From: a virus
IMG/VR virus record: IMGVR_UViG_3300023179_000013
Coordinates: 1-64,000 of that record
Strand: one strand, 5' to 3'
DNA length: 64,000 nucleotides
Positions 37,673 to 48,009 of this stretch are shown here, one piece after another. The translations under genes and the position numbers were made by a program. Positions within the stretch are counted from its first letter, which is position 1. Every line of letters begins with the position of its first letter. A model generated the notes under the pieces. That model was not told the origin of the DNA. It searched no databases and worked only from the letters and a program-made list of their open reading frames with translations.

Positions 37673-38092
37673 ATGAAATTATCAGAATTAAGACATTTAG
37701 TTAAAGAAACCCTTAAAGAGGCATTCTTTATTGGTGAAGATGATATTGAGGAATATGATGTAAAAAATGCACAAGATATAAAAGAATTTGTTGAATTCAT
37801 GCGTGAATATCAACAACAGTTAAATGAAGCTGATTGTGATTGTTTACTTGAAGCTAAATATCAAGGTCGCACTGTACCTTTAGGTAAACCAATGCGCGGT
37901 GATAGTAAGAAATTCAAGGTGTATGTTAAAAACCCTAAAACAGGTAAAGTTGTAAAAGTTAACTTTGGTGCTAAGGGAATGAATATAAAGAAAAACAATC
38001 CTATTAGACGCCGAGCCTTTAGAGCAAGACACAATTGCGCAAACCCAGGACCCCGTACTAAAGCTAGATACTGGTCTTGTAGAAAATGGTAA
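37673..38092 (+). CDS. tagged basic protein (KFKVYVK...VNFG...FRARHNC...YWSC family)
   Basis: MKLSELRHLVKETLKE leader; conserved phage/virus motif. Confidence 0.7.
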   Translation: MKLSELRHLVKETLKEAFFIGEDDIEEYDVKNAQDIKEFVEFMREYQQQLNEADCDCLLEAKYQGRTVPLGKPMRGDSKKFKVYVKNPKTGKVVKVNFGAKGMNIKKNNPIRRRAFRARHNCANPGPRTKARYWSCRKW

Positions 38093-38093
38093 T

Positions 38094-38888
38094 ATGATTA
38101 AATTAACTGACTTATTAATTGAGATGCTGTTAGAAGATCGCTGCAAGCGCATCGCTGACCGCCGTTACTCAAAACCATCTGCCTATAAATCAGGTGCTAT
38201 TGTTCGTTGCCGTAAAGGTAATATTTGGAAAGGTATTAAATCTGAAGCATTTTTCATTGGTGAAGATGATCCTGAAACCCCACAACCAGGAGAATCTAGT
38301 GGAGCAGCAGCCAAATTTAAACCAGGAACAGAACCAAAAAAAATAGAATTTTTAACACTATCTGAAATAATTCAAAAAATACCTAGTATTCCTTATTACA
38401 AGGAAGTATTAGATGACATAAAGAAGGGAGATGAAAGTTGGGGAGTAACTAAAAAAGTTAAAGAATATGCGGAATATATGATGAAAAATCCTTCATCATT
38501 AAAAAATTTACCTCCAATTATAGTAATTGATGGAAAAATACAAGATGGAGCCCATAGAATTTCAGCTATATATTTATTACAAAATTTATTAGATCCAGAA
38601 AACAATTTTTGGAAGACTTTAAAACTTAAAGTTGAATTTTGGAATAAAGAAAATTTAAACGAAAAACAAAAAGAAACCCTTCGCACTTGGTTTAAACGCA
38701 AAGGTGCTCCTGGTAAAACAGGTGGATGGGTTGATTGTAATACATGCCGCGAAGTAGATGGTAAAACCAAATGCAAACCTTGCGGCAGACAAAAAGGTGA
38801 AAAGCGAGCAAAATATCCATCTTGTCGTCCAACACCATCACAATGTAAACAACCAGGTAAAGGTACTAAATGGGGTAAAACAAAATGA
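38094..38888 (+). CDS. tagged modular protein: SAYKSG module, ParB/Srx-like domain, Cys-rich WVDC/KPCG module
   Basis: MIKLTDLLIEMLLE; LPPIIVIDGKIQDGAHRISA. Confidence 0.7.
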   Translation: MIKLTDLLIEMLLEDRCKRIADRRYSKPSAYKSGAIVRCRKGNIWKGIKSEAFFIGEDDPETPQPGESSGAAAKFKPGTEPKKIEFLTLSEIIQKIPSIPYYKEVLDDIKKGDESWGVTKKVKEYAEYMMKNPSSLKNLPPIIVIDGKIQDGAHRISAIYLLQNLLDPENNFWKTLKLKVEFWNKENLNEKQKETLRTWFKRKGAPGKTGGWVDCNTCREVDGKTKCKPCGRQKGEKRAKYPSCRPTPSQCKQPGKGTKWGKTK

Positions 38889-41596
38889 GACCAATATACA
38901 AATTCATATTACACGTAGTACACAATTTAAGTCCTTTGTTTGAATATGACCAAAAACAAATGGATGCTATTATAAATCATTATAAAGAAGAAGCAGATGA
39001 TCTAAATATTCAAATTACAGATCAACAACTTAAAAAATATATTGAACGTTTTGATCAATTAAAATCAAAGCTTATTTCTAGCGGTGGGACTGATTTAATT
39101 AAACAGATAAAAAAACCAGTTCAAATAACAACACCCTCAGGAGAGATTGTTACTAAAACAAAAAATGAATATGAAATTATAGTTCCTTTATCTAAACTAA
39201 TAAAACTTGTTACTGCATCTAAAGGTGCTGAAACAGCAGAGGATGAAGAAGATAAAACACCGGATGTAGTATACCAAAATAATGGTATTACTATATGGAA
39301 TGGTTCTAAAGAAGGTAATTGCATTACATATGGTCAAGGTGAAAGATGGTGCATTACTAGAGGATCATATGGTAATTATCGTTATTCCTCAGGTAGAGGT
39401 TATCCTACATTTTATTTAGCTAAAAACTCTAATTTATCTGATAGCGACAAATTAAGTTTTGTTGCTATACAAGTTAGAGATGCAGATGAGGATGAAAAAT
39501 ATGTTTATACTAACAGACAAAATTCACCTCATGAATCTAATTCAATGTCTTTTAGTGAATTAACATCTGAAGTTCCTTGGTTAAACGATGTTCCTAACAT
39601 TAAAAACATTTTAAAATACATTCCTTTATCTAACACAGAAAAAGTAACTCAACTTTACAAAAATAAAAGTATTAGTATTAGAGAATGGATGAAACTTCCA
39701 TTCGAAACTAAAAAACAGTATTTAGTTGTTAGAAAAGATAAAGATGAATTATTTGACGACATTGATAATAGTGTCTTTATATCTAAATACCTTCCACAAT
39801 ATCCTCAAATAGCTAATTTTATTGCTATTACTCCTGATATTATTAATTCCGAAATATTATTAGCAAACTTAGATAAATTTGATAACCAAGATAGGAAATC
39901 AATTACTGCTAATTTAAGAAAAAAAATAAGTACTAATTATCTAGATAGGGATACATTTTCATTTGATGCTAAAAAATTATTAACCTATTTGAATAAGTGG
40001 GATCTTAACTCTAACGAACGTTTATATGTTACTAAAGATGGTTCTACTATCGTTAGATTAAAACTAGGAGATACTATATCTGTTGGTTTATACCAAGCAG
40101 AAGATGATTATCCTAATATCAAATTAAATCAACGCACATCAAAATATCTATTAGACTATCCAGAATTAGATAAAATTCCTTTAAGGAATATCATTAAATT
40201 ATCTGATGATGGTGTTATTGATAAACAAGTAATTAAAAAAGTATTAGATGGTGCTAAAAAAGATCCTAATTCTGCTATTGCTGTTAAAGATGTAGATGGT
40301 AAAGAAATTGTTCTAGATTCAAACTCATTTGCTTCTTATCAAATAGATGAAGAAGGTAATTTAGTAATTGTTCCTTTTGATGATGAAAATGTGCAAAAAG
40401 CTTTTGCTGAGGAAAAAGATAATGAATCATTCCAACAAAATGCTATTAATCTTGTTAAAACATCAGTAGATGAACGCGAAAATCTTCCTTCTACAATAGA
40501 TAAAAATGCTTTTATATCTATACTTAAAGCATCTCCTTACGATAAGAGAAAAATTGAAGCACAGGGTGAAGAACATATTATATTACCATTAATATCTTCT
40601 GATGGTAATGATGTACGTATAGTAATAAAAAGCACAAATAAAAATAGCCCAACAGCTGTTACTATAGGTGGAACAGGTAATACTTGGAGAAGATATAATG
40701 TTTATTACTCATTAGGAGAAAAAGCTTGGAAAGAGTATTTTGCTTATATGAGAAATGAAAACCAAATTTATAGTGATGAAGAATTAATATCTCTTCTTAA
40801 AAGAACATACGGTTTTTCTAGTGAGTCTAAAATAGACTTTATTAAAGCAATACCACCCTTAAACCCAACAGGTCGTTATGCTGTTGCTTTTTATAATCCT
40901 AGCAATACTGCTTATATAGTTAATAAACAAAACCCAAGAGAAAGTTTTAAAGTATCTGACAGAACAGGTAAATTAGTAAAAGCAAATATATCTCCAGTAC
41001 TAGCTCGTCAATTAACCGGTGCTACACCAGACGAAGCTACACCTGTAGTTACTCCTAGAAGAGGTAGACCAGGTGGAGGAAGACGTGATGTTACTGCTCC
41101 ACGAGTTACTCCAGTTGCTAATGGTGATGTAAACGTATCTGCAAGAATGAGAGAGGCTGGATTAGAAACAGCATTTTTACGTTTACCAAGACCAGATTTT
41201 AGAAGAATAAATGTAACTAATGCTACGGGTGTTCTCCCAATTAATGATAGAGGTGCTACTCGCCGTAACAATACATTAAATGGAAGAGGCCGTGTTACCT
41301 CAGTATTATCTATAGGTGCAAGTAAAATTTATTTTATTAGATTAAATAACGGCCAAACAGTTGCTTCTATTAACATCCAACCAGGTAACAGAAACTATTT
41401 GTTAACTGGAAACGAAAACGGTAATGTAGCAGTACCAATGAATTCACCAAGTGAATTATTACAGGTATTACAAAATCGTAACTTAGCAGAAATGCGCCGT
41501 TACTTAACACAAGAATACTTAGCTAATAATCCTGAACATTTAGAAGAAGTGCGTGGATTGTTGCAACAACACATAGCTGAAACCAGAAACCAATAA
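38885..41596 (+). CDS. large hypothetical protein (YG..RWCIT domain, AT-hook-like RRGRP)
   Basis: 903-aa ORF coupled to the upstream gene. Confidence 0.7.
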   Translation: MRPIYKFILHVVHNLSPLFEYDQKQMDAIINHYKEEADDLNIQITDQQLKKYIERFDQLKSKLISSGGTDLIKQIKKPVQITTPSGEIVTKTKNEYEIIVPLSKLIKLVTASKGAETAEDEEDKTPDVVYQNNGITIWNGSKEGNCITYGQGERWCITRGSYGNYRYSSGRGYPTFYLAKNSNLSDSDKLSFVAIQVRDADEDEKYVYTNRQNSPHESNSMSFSELTSEVPWLNDVPNIKNILKYIPLSNTEKVTQLYKNKSISIREWMKLPFETKKQYLVVRKDKDELFDDIDNSVFISKYLPQYPQIANFIAITPDIINSEILLANLDKFDNQDRKSITANLRKKISTNYLDRDTFSFDAKKLLTYLNKWDLNSNERLYVTKDGSTIVRLKLGDTISVGLYQAEDDYPNIKLNQRTSKYLLDYPELDKIPLRNIIKLSDDGVIDKQVIKKVLDGAKKDPNSAIAVKDVDGKEIVLDSNSFASYQIDEEGNLVIVPFDDENVQKAFAEEKDNESFQQNAINLVKTSVDERENLPSTIDKNAFISILKASPYDKRKIEAQGEEHIILPLISSDGNDVRIVIKSTNKNSPTAVTIGGTGNTWRRYNVYYSLGEKAWKEYFAYMRNENQIYSDEELISLLKRTYGFSSESKIDFIKAIPPLNPTGRYAVAFYNPSNTAYIVNKQNPRESFKVSDRTGKLVKANISPVLARQLTGATPDEATPVVTPRRGRPGGGRRDVTAPRVTPVANGDVNVSARMREAGLETAFLRLPRPDFRRINVTNATGVLPINDRGATRRNNTLNGRGRVTSVLSIGASKIYFIRLNNGQTVASINIQPGNRNYLLTGNENGNVAVPMNSPSELLQVLQNRNLAEMRRYLTQEYLANNPEHLEEVRGLLQQHIAETRNQ

Positions 41597-41622
41597 TATT
41601 TATACATATAAATTAACCAATC

Positions 41623-42180
41623 ATGAATGATTTTCAAATTCGCGCCTTTGTTCGTCAATTAATTTCTGAAGCTAAGGCTAAAAAAACTGACAAAAAAGAC
41701 GATAAAAAAGCTGAAAAGAAAGCTGACAAAAAAGAACCAAAAACCGTGAAAAGTTCCGGTAAATTGATGGATCTTAAAAAAGAAGTAGCCTATTTAAAAG
41801 AAATGGCATCACAACTCCATGCAACTGGTCTTACTGAGGCTGAAGAAGTTACTGAAGTTGAATTTGCTAACTTACAGAAATTCGTTAACGAATTATCTAA
41901 AGTTAAAGCCGCTAGTGCTGATTTGAAAAAGAAACTTGACGAAGAAATCACAGCTACTGAAGCTAAAATTAAAGATGAAAAAGCCAAGATTAAAGAAATG
42001 ATTGGTTTAGTTTCTGAAACTGAAGAATTAGACGAAGCACGCTTTAAAAAAGGTACCGATATTGGTAAGCCAGGTAAAGGATTTGAAAAAATCGCTAAAT
42101 CTGCTGCTAAAAAATACGGCTCAGAAGAAGCTGGTAAAAAAGTTGCCGGCGCTATATTAAAAAAAGTAGTTAAAAAATAA
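41623..42180 (+). CDS. charged coiled-coil protein with class-B tag, probable core/internal protein
   Basis: IRAFVRQLISE; multiple LxE sites. Confidence 0.65.
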   Translation: MNDFQIRAFVRQLISEAKAKKTDKKDDKKAEKKADKKEPKTVKSSGKLMDLKKEVAYLKEMASQLHATGLTEAEEVTEVEFANLQKFVNELSKVKAASADLKKKLDEEITATEAKIKDEKAKIKEMIGLVSETEELDEARFKKGTDIGKPGKGFEKIAKSAAKKYGSEEAGKKVAGAILKKVVKK

Positions 42181-42184
42181 AATA

Positions 42185-42571
42185 ATGATAGTAGTAGAAA
42201 GCAATCCCTTAATAGGCCAATTTGTATCTACCTTGTTTGCGTCTCGCACACAAGCCCATGTATTTCATCTTCAAACCCCTTCATTTGCTGCTCACAAAGC
42301 ATTAAATGATTATTATGATGAAATCGTAGGTTTAACTGATGGATTAGTAGAATCTTATCAAGGTAAATATGGTATTATTACTGGATACAGTAATGTTGCT
42401 TTACAAGAATACCAAAGCTGCGAAGCTATAATTGTATATTTTGAAACACTTTTGATGTATGTTGAAAAAAGCAGACAATTAATTTGTCAAGATTCATACA
42501 TTCAGAATCAAATTGACGAAGTTGTTGCTTTAATTAATTCTACTATCTATAAACTACGCTTTTTAAAATGA
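42185..42571 (+). CDS. ferritin/Dps-like four-helix protein (DUF5856-like)
   Basis: [18 protein letters not shown]...[10 protein letters not shown]...YKL. Confidence 0.75.
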   Translation: MIVVESNPLIGQFVSTLFASRTQAHVFHLQTPSFAAHKALNDYYDEIVGLTDGLVESYQGKYGIITGYSNVALQEYQSCEAIIVYFETLLMYVEKSRQLICQDSYIQNQIDEVVALINSTIYKLRFLK

Positions 42572-43011
42572 TAAAGTTACTTGATTTATTAGAAAAAAAG
42601 ATGACACCTGCTCAAAAGAAAAAGCGTGGTGAAATATTTGATAAATTAGTAGCAGGTGGAATGGCTAAAGATAAAGCTGGAGCTATTGCAACCTCAAAAG
42701 CTATGGCTGAAAAATTAGATCCTGTAGGAAAAGAAGATGACGATATTAATAACGATGGTAAAGTAGATAAGACAGATAAGTATTTAGCTACCCGTCGCAA
42801 AGCAATAGCTGCTAATCTTAAAGAAGATCATGAAGTATCCATGGCTCAAGCTAGTTTAAAATCTATTATTAAATCTTCAATTACTTTATTAAACAAATTA
42901 GGTAATGAGGAGCGTGATATTCCAGGATGGATTCAAGACCATATCACAAACGCTGAAAACTATATTGACCAAGCGGCTCAAGGTTTTCATGAATTAAAAA
43001 ATGATGAATAA
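42568..43011 (+). CDS. tagged protein with EF-hand-like loop
   Basis: MIKLLDLLE; [12 protein letters not shown]. Confidence 0.65.
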   Translation: MIKLLDLLEKKMTPAQKKKRGEIFDKLVAGGMAKDKAGAIATSKAMAEKLDPVGKEDDDINNDGKVDKTDKYLATRRKAIAANLKEDHEVSMAQASLKSIIKSSITLLNKLGNEERDIPGWIQDHITNAENYIDQAAQGFHELKNDE

Positions 43012-43552
43012 AGAATTATTATTAGAAAAATATATTAAGGTAGCTGTTAAAAAGGCACTTAAAGAAGCCGAAGAACAACAGCGAAAAGCGGAAAAAGCGA
43101 TGTACCTAGTATATCGCTTTCCTGGGTTAAAAAAAGTAATGGAAGAAGTTATGTCTCCTGCTTTTGGTCGTTACATTAGTGGTATTAATATTGTTGCCCC
43201 TAAACCAACTACATTTAATGTAAGTTTAGTTAATGGTCAAGAATTTAGTGTTAAATATCTTGGCAATAAAAATTTTAGTGTTAAAGTAGCAGGTAAAAAA
43301 TATAATCCAATTAATTTAGGAGAAGCAGAACGTTGTTCACAAGCAATAGCAGATTTATTAGAATTAAATTATGCCCCTGCTGAAGGTAAAGAACAACCAG
43401 GTGCTGCTCCTGAAACAGGAGGAGCTGAAACACCACCTGCTGAACCAACAGGACCAGGAGCCTCTGAATTAGGACCTGAATTAGCTGCTGCTGAAACACC
43501 ACCAGCTGAAACACCTGCTCCTGAAGAAGAAACACCACCAGCTGAAGCTTAA
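43001..43552 (+). CDS. tagged protein with P/E/T-rich tail
   Basis: [12 protein letters not shown]; ETPPAE repeats. Confidence 0.65.
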   Translation: MMNKELLLEKYIKVAVKKALKEAEEQQRKAEKAMYLVYRFPGLKKVMEEVMSPAFGRYISGINIVAPKPTTFNVSLVNGQEFSVKYLGNKNFSVKVAGKKYNPINLGEAERCSQAIADLLELNYAPAEGKEQPGAAPETGGAETPPAEPTGPGASELGPELAAAETPPAETPAPEEETPPAEA

Positions 43553-43555
43553 AAT

Positions 43556-44542
43556 ATGAAAGTTATAGATCAAATATTACTTGAGTGGGCTTATCGCTGC
43601 CCAGATGGAATTGTTGATATAAACAATCCTAAAAAGAAAGCTATATTAGACGAAATATTAAAAGAATATAATATAGACGAAATAAATCTTAATGAAGGAA
43701 GTGATAAATATGACGAAACTATTTCTTTAAAGTTAGGAGGAAATATTCCTAAAGTTAAAGGTAGATATAACTTAGAAAAAAAGAACGGAACTATAAAAAT
43801 AACAGATCCTGATGATTTAGAAATATTTAAAAAATTATTTTCTGTTGTTCCTTCTAAAGCAGGAAGAGGAGTTGAAGAAGAAGGTACCAAGGGATCAGGA
43901 AATGGAGAAATATCAATATATTGGTTGTTTGCCCATCAATCTGGCCACACTGCAGAAGATACTAGGGGAGGAGGAAATCCAGACTTACTTATTGATGGAG
44001 TAGGAGTTGAAATTAAATCTTTAGAAAGTAAAAAAATAGCAATAGGTAGAATAGGAAGTTATACAACTAGTTTAAATGATTTAAATGTAGTATTAGGAAT
44101 AGATGCCTTAATAACAGAATTTCAACCAAAAGGAAAAAAACAAACTCCTCCAAATGCTTTTAATGCTACTGTAGAAGATTTAAATCAGGCTTGTACAAAT
44201 GCTTTAACAGTATATGAAAATGATGAATTAAGAGAAATTGGAAGTGTATTTAATATTGATTTCATATCTTCTTTATATACCAAACTAGACAAATTAATAG
44301 AAAAATACTCACCAAAATCTGCACAACATTTTACATCAGATTTACTTAAAGGATTTATATTACAAAAATTCAAACAAAAACCAGGAATACCAGGATATAT
44401 TATAAATGTTTCTAGAGAGGGAATATTGGATTATACTTATATTAATCAAAGTAAAATAGATGAATTAAGCAGAGAGAATATATTGAAAAATGCTGAATTA
44501 AAACAAGGAACATTAGTGTTTAAATCTGATTTGTTTGGATAA
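43556..44542 (+). CDS. tagged protein with putative PD-(D/E)XK nuclease fold
   Basis: MKVIDQILLEW leader; GNGE...PDLLIDGVGVEIK. Confidence 0.55.
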   Translation: MKVIDQILLEWAYRCPDGIVDINNPKKKAILDEILKEYNIDEINLNEGSDKYDETISLKLGGNIPKVKGRYNLEKKNGTIKITDPDDLEIFKKLFSVVPSKAGRGVEEEGTKGSGNGEISIYWLFAHQSGHTAEDTRGGGNPDLLIDGVGVEIKSLESKKIAIGRIGSYTTSLNDLNVVLGIDALITEFQPKGKKQTPPNAFNATVEDLNQACTNALTVYENDELREIGSVFNIDFISSLYTKLDKLIEKYSPKSAQHFTSDLLKGFILQKFKQKPGIPGYIINVSREGILDYTYINQSKIDELSRENILKNAELKQGTLVFKSDLFG

Positions 44543-44599
44543 ACATATAGAACAGATTCATTGCCTGTTCGCCCCATAGAGGTATAAATAATTGGAGTA

Positions 44600-44628
44600 G
44601 TGGCCCACCCAAAAAGGTGGGCCACCTT
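44600..44628 (+). terminator. hairpin, probable terminator
   Basis: GTGGCCCACC-CAAAAA-GGTGGGCCAC with a weak T tail. Confidence 0.55.
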
Positions 44629-44666
44629 AATTTGAAATGTCAAAGTAAAATCGTACATTTAATCAT

Positions 44667-45995
44667 ATGCAAAAGAAAATTGTAATTGTAGGAGCAGGCG
44701 TTGCTGGAATTAACGCTGCAACAAAATTAGTAGATAACGGCTATCCTGGTGAACTGATCACTATCATAGACAAAGGAAATGATCCACATAACCGCTTACC
44801 TGAAGAAGTAATGACAGGCATGCTTGGTGCTGGTGGTTGGAGTGATGGTAAATTAACTTATCACACATCAATTGGTGGTCAACTATCAAAATACTGTGGT
44901 GAAGAAAAAGCAATGGAATTGATGAAACAAGTAGTAGATAATTTTACTCGTTTCCATCCTAAACCAGATGAAATCTTTATGTCTGATCCACAAGAAGAAC
45001 CTGAATTTATTAAACCATACTTTGGTTTAAGAATGTTTCCTGTATGGCATATTGGTTCTAATTTCTTACATGAAATTGCTAAAACATGGTATCAATATTT
45101 GTTAGATAAAGGTATTAATTTTTGGTGGAATACAGAAGTATCAAGTATTGATTTTACAAACAATACAATATTATTTAATCCACTTAGTATAGCAGGTCCT
45201 ACTGATACTAAACATACTCTATATGATGAACTAATATTTGCAGTAGGTAAATCCGGTATTGATTTTGCTCAACAATTATCAGACGAATATGAATTCCCTA
45301 CTGAACCTAAATCAGTACAAATTGGCGTTCGATTTGAAGCACCACAAAAATACTTCCAAAAACTAATTGATGTATCCTATGACTTTAAATTATATCAAAA
45401 ATTCGATAATGTTAGTTTACGTTCATTTTGTACTAACAATAACGCTGCATATGTGGCTGTTGAAGAAACTTATGGTGACATCAGTTACAATGGTCACGCC
45501 AAAAAAGGTAAGGAATTTGAAAACCAAATGACTAACTTTGGTATCTTAATGGAAATCAAAGGTATTGAGGATCCATTTAAGTGGTCACGTGATGTAGTTT
45601 CTAAACTACAAATTAATGGTAAAGGATTATATTACTCACCAAACATGACTCGCCAACCAGGATTAACATCTGAAGGTACAACAGTAACTGCTCACCAAAT
45701 CAGTATGGATACACTGGCTCATGTTGTTGAACCAACAATGGATGGATACATGAAATATGTTATGAATTTCATCAGTGATATGAATAAAGTGTTTGAGTTT
45801 GGTGATGATTGGGGTATGTATATTCCTGAGGTAAAATATCTTAGCCCTGAACCACTGGTAAACTATGATAGTTTAGCATTAGCTCCTTTTCCTAATGTGC
45901 ATTTTGTAGGTGATGCCTTAAGTGCACGTGGTATTACAGTTAGTGGTGCTCATGGAATTTATGTTTCTGAATATTTATTGTCAAATGGACAATAA
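44667..45995 (+). CDS. FAD/NAD(P)-dependent oxidoreductase
   Basis: IVIVGAGVAG, GGWSDGKL, GVRFE, RSFCTN, HFVGD; early-type promoter at 44639. Confidence 0.85.
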   Translation: MQKKIVIVGAGVAGINAATKLVDNGYPGELITIIDKGNDPHNRLPEEVMTGMLGAGGWSDGKLTYHTSIGGQLSKYCGEEKAMELMKQVVDNFTRFHPKPDEIFMSDPQEEPEFIKPYFGLRMFPVWHIGSNFLHEIAKTWYQYLLDKGINFWWNTEVSSIDFTNNTILFNPLSIAGPTDTKHTLYDELIFAVGKSGIDFAQQLSDEYEFPTEPKSVQIGVRFEAPQKYFQKLIDVSYDFKLYQKFDNVSLRSFCTNNNAAYVAVEETYGDISYNGHAKKGKEFENQMTNFGILMEIKGIEDPFKWSRDVVSKLQINGKGLYYSPNMTRQPGLTSEGTTVTAHQISMDTLAHVVEPTMDGYMKYVMNFISDMNKVFEFGDDWGMYIPEVKYLSPEPLVNYDSLALAPFPNVHFVGDALSARGITVSGAHGIYVSEYLLSNGQ

Positions 45996-46423
45996 TGACT
46001 AAACAACAATTAATCGAAACAATTCGCCGTGTTATAAAGCAGGAGTTAAATGAAGCTACTAATGAGCCGAAGGATGATTTTGAAATAAAATACAGAATAG
46101 TAAGTATTGATAATAGAGGTCGTATATTGGATTATAATTATTATAATACAATGGATGATGCAAGAGAAGCAGCACGTAAAATTCGTCAAGATGCTAAAAT
46201 TGTAAAAATAAAAAAACCAAAAAAGATATCAGAAAATGCGCCATCAAAACCACAAGAAAAACCAGATGTAGCTGAACCACCAGTAAAATCTCCTGGTAAA
46301 CCAAAACCACGTCGTCCATTAGGTAACCCTGATGTAAAGCCTAAACCAAAGGCTACTATGACTGAAGCTGAAATGTTAGCGAAAATTGTTAAACGTTTTA
46401 AAGCCGCAAAGAAAAATGGCTAA
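45995..46423 (+). CDS. hypothetical protein with class-B tag
   Basis: LIETIRRVIKQELNE; Pro/Lys-rich linker. Confidence 0.65.
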   Translation: MTKQQLIETIRRVIKQELNEATNEPKDDFEIKYRIVSIDNRGRILDYNYYNTMDDAREAARKIRQDAKIVKIKKPKKISENAPSKPQEKPDVAEPPVKSPGKPKPRRPLGNPDVKPKPKATMTEAEMLAKIVKRFKAAKKNG

Positions 46424-47438
46424 GCTTTTAGAAGTAGAATACGAAAAAATATTTTCACCTAAAACAATGACTGCCTTAAAAGGCAAATCTGGTGAATCAT
46501 TACGCCAGATGCTTGGTGACAAAAATTTGATGCAAACTTTAATGAAATCCAAAACAATATTGGATGAAATTATAGATGCTGAGGAAGGATACCGTGATGA
46601 ACTTGAAATGGTAGCTGCTCAAATGGTGACTGATGCTTATCCAATTATTGATTATGCAAATATTAAGATTGATGCTAAAATAGTAGGAACGGATGATTTA
46701 GATATTCCTAATCCTCCACCAAATGAGGATCCAACTTTACCTAATTTTGGTGAAGGTGATCCTGAAAAATTGAAAGCCAAACGCCGCATCATAAATGGCA
46801 TTACACAAGGTGCCTCAATTAGAGGCGCCTTTGGCTTTATGCTCTTCAAAGAATATTTAGACGCTATCAATCCAGCATTAGTAGACAAATACAACGAAAT
46901 TTTAAAATTAGCATTTGGGATTTATGATGATGAAAATGCTATTGCTATGATGTTAGCTGCCTTAGCTCAAGGACAAAAAATGCAAGGTGGTGAAAGTGAA
47001 ATGGAATATGATGAGGAAAACGAGCAATTCGTTATTAAAGCTAAAGCAATTTGTTTTCCAATGCTCGTACACGAAATCGTAAAAGGACTTTACGAAATCG
47101 TTGGTACAGAAGGATTTGGTGCTGATAAAGAAAAAAACCAAGCTATTGTTGGTGCTGTAGATAAATTATCAAACGAACCAAACGATTTACGTTTTGGTAA
47201 GTTTTTATATGATGCTATCAATAAATTATATGCTGAAAGCAATGTAGAAGATGCTCGCGTTCGCGAATTATTTTTTGCTGAATTATACAAATTAGAAGAA
47301 GATGAGTTTTTGTCGTTTGTAGAAAACGCTGTTAATGATGAATTAACAAACGATGAAAAACAATGGGCTGTTAATACAATGAAGGATATAGAAAAAGATC
47401 TTCGCAAAGACGATACCGGATTAGAGGATTTGGATTGA
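46416..47438 (+). CDS. conserved acidic hypothetical protein (KRRIINGITQG, HEIVKG)
   Basis: Start MAKLLE at 46416. Confidence 0.7.
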   Translation: MAKLLEVEYEKIFSPKTMTALKGKSGESLRQMLGDKNLMQTLMKSKTILDEIIDAEEGYRDELEMVAAQMVTDAYPIIDYANIKIDAKIVGTDDLDIPNPPPNEDPTLPNFGEGDPEKLKAKRRIINGITQGASIRGAFGFMLFKEYLDAINPALVDKYNEILKLAFGIYDDENAIAMMLAALAQGQKMQGGESEMEYDEENEQFVIKAKAICFPMLVHEIVKGLYEIVGTEGFGADKEKNQAIVGAVDKLSNEPNDLRFGKFLYDAINKLYAESNVEDARVRELFFAELYKLEEDEFLSFVENAVNDELTNDEKQWAVNTMKDIEKDLRKDDTGLEDLD

Positions 47439-47472
47439 TAAAGATTCTTTCGTATCTTTACAACCAAAAACG

Positions 47473-47718
47473 ATGGAAACTAGAAAAATAGTTACAGGTG
47501 ATGGTACTATTGCTTATTATTTGAATGTAGATGGTACTAATAAACTTCACAACATTGATGGCCCAGCATTAATTCCTCAAGGCAATAAGCGCCAATCCGA
47601 ATATTGGTTATTTGGTTTTAAATATTCTAAAACAGATTGGGAAGATAGAAAAAAAGATACTAACGGAGTGCCTTGGTATAAAACAGCAGCTGGTAAAGCA
47701 GCAGGCGCAAGAGTATAA
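47473..47718 (+). CDS. small protein with LHN.DGPA repeat unit
   Basis: KLHNIDGPALIP...EYWLFG. Confidence 0.7.
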   Translation: METRKIVTGDGTIAYYLNVDGTNKLHNIDGPALIPQGNKRQSEYWLFGFKYSKTDWEDRKKDTNGVPWYKTAAGKAAGARV

Positions 47719-47751
47719 GGATCGTCAAGATCCTTTTCTTAATTTCATGTT

Positions 47752-48009
47752 ATGATAGAAAGAAGAGGAAGAATAAAAGAACAAACAGCAGAAGATAAAC
47801 CACGTAAATTTACTCGTGTTTATGAGGATGAAGACACAATTGAAACATGGACATTTAATTTAGATAAATTTGCTCGTGGTCCAATTGATGTTGATATCAA
47901 ATATAAAGCTGGTGCTGAAAAACGTATTAAAGAACGTGTTAAAGAGGCTAAGCAAATTAAGAAGAATGAACGCCAAATGAACAAAATTAATAAACGTAAT
48001 AAAAAATGA
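47752..48009 (+). CDS. small basic protein
   Basis: Early-type promoter in a hairpin at 47717-47747. Confidence 0.65.
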   Translation: MIERRGRIKEQTAEDKPRKFTRVYEDEDTIETWTFNLDKFARGPIDVDIKYKAGAEKRIKERVKEAKQIKKNERQMNKINKRNKK

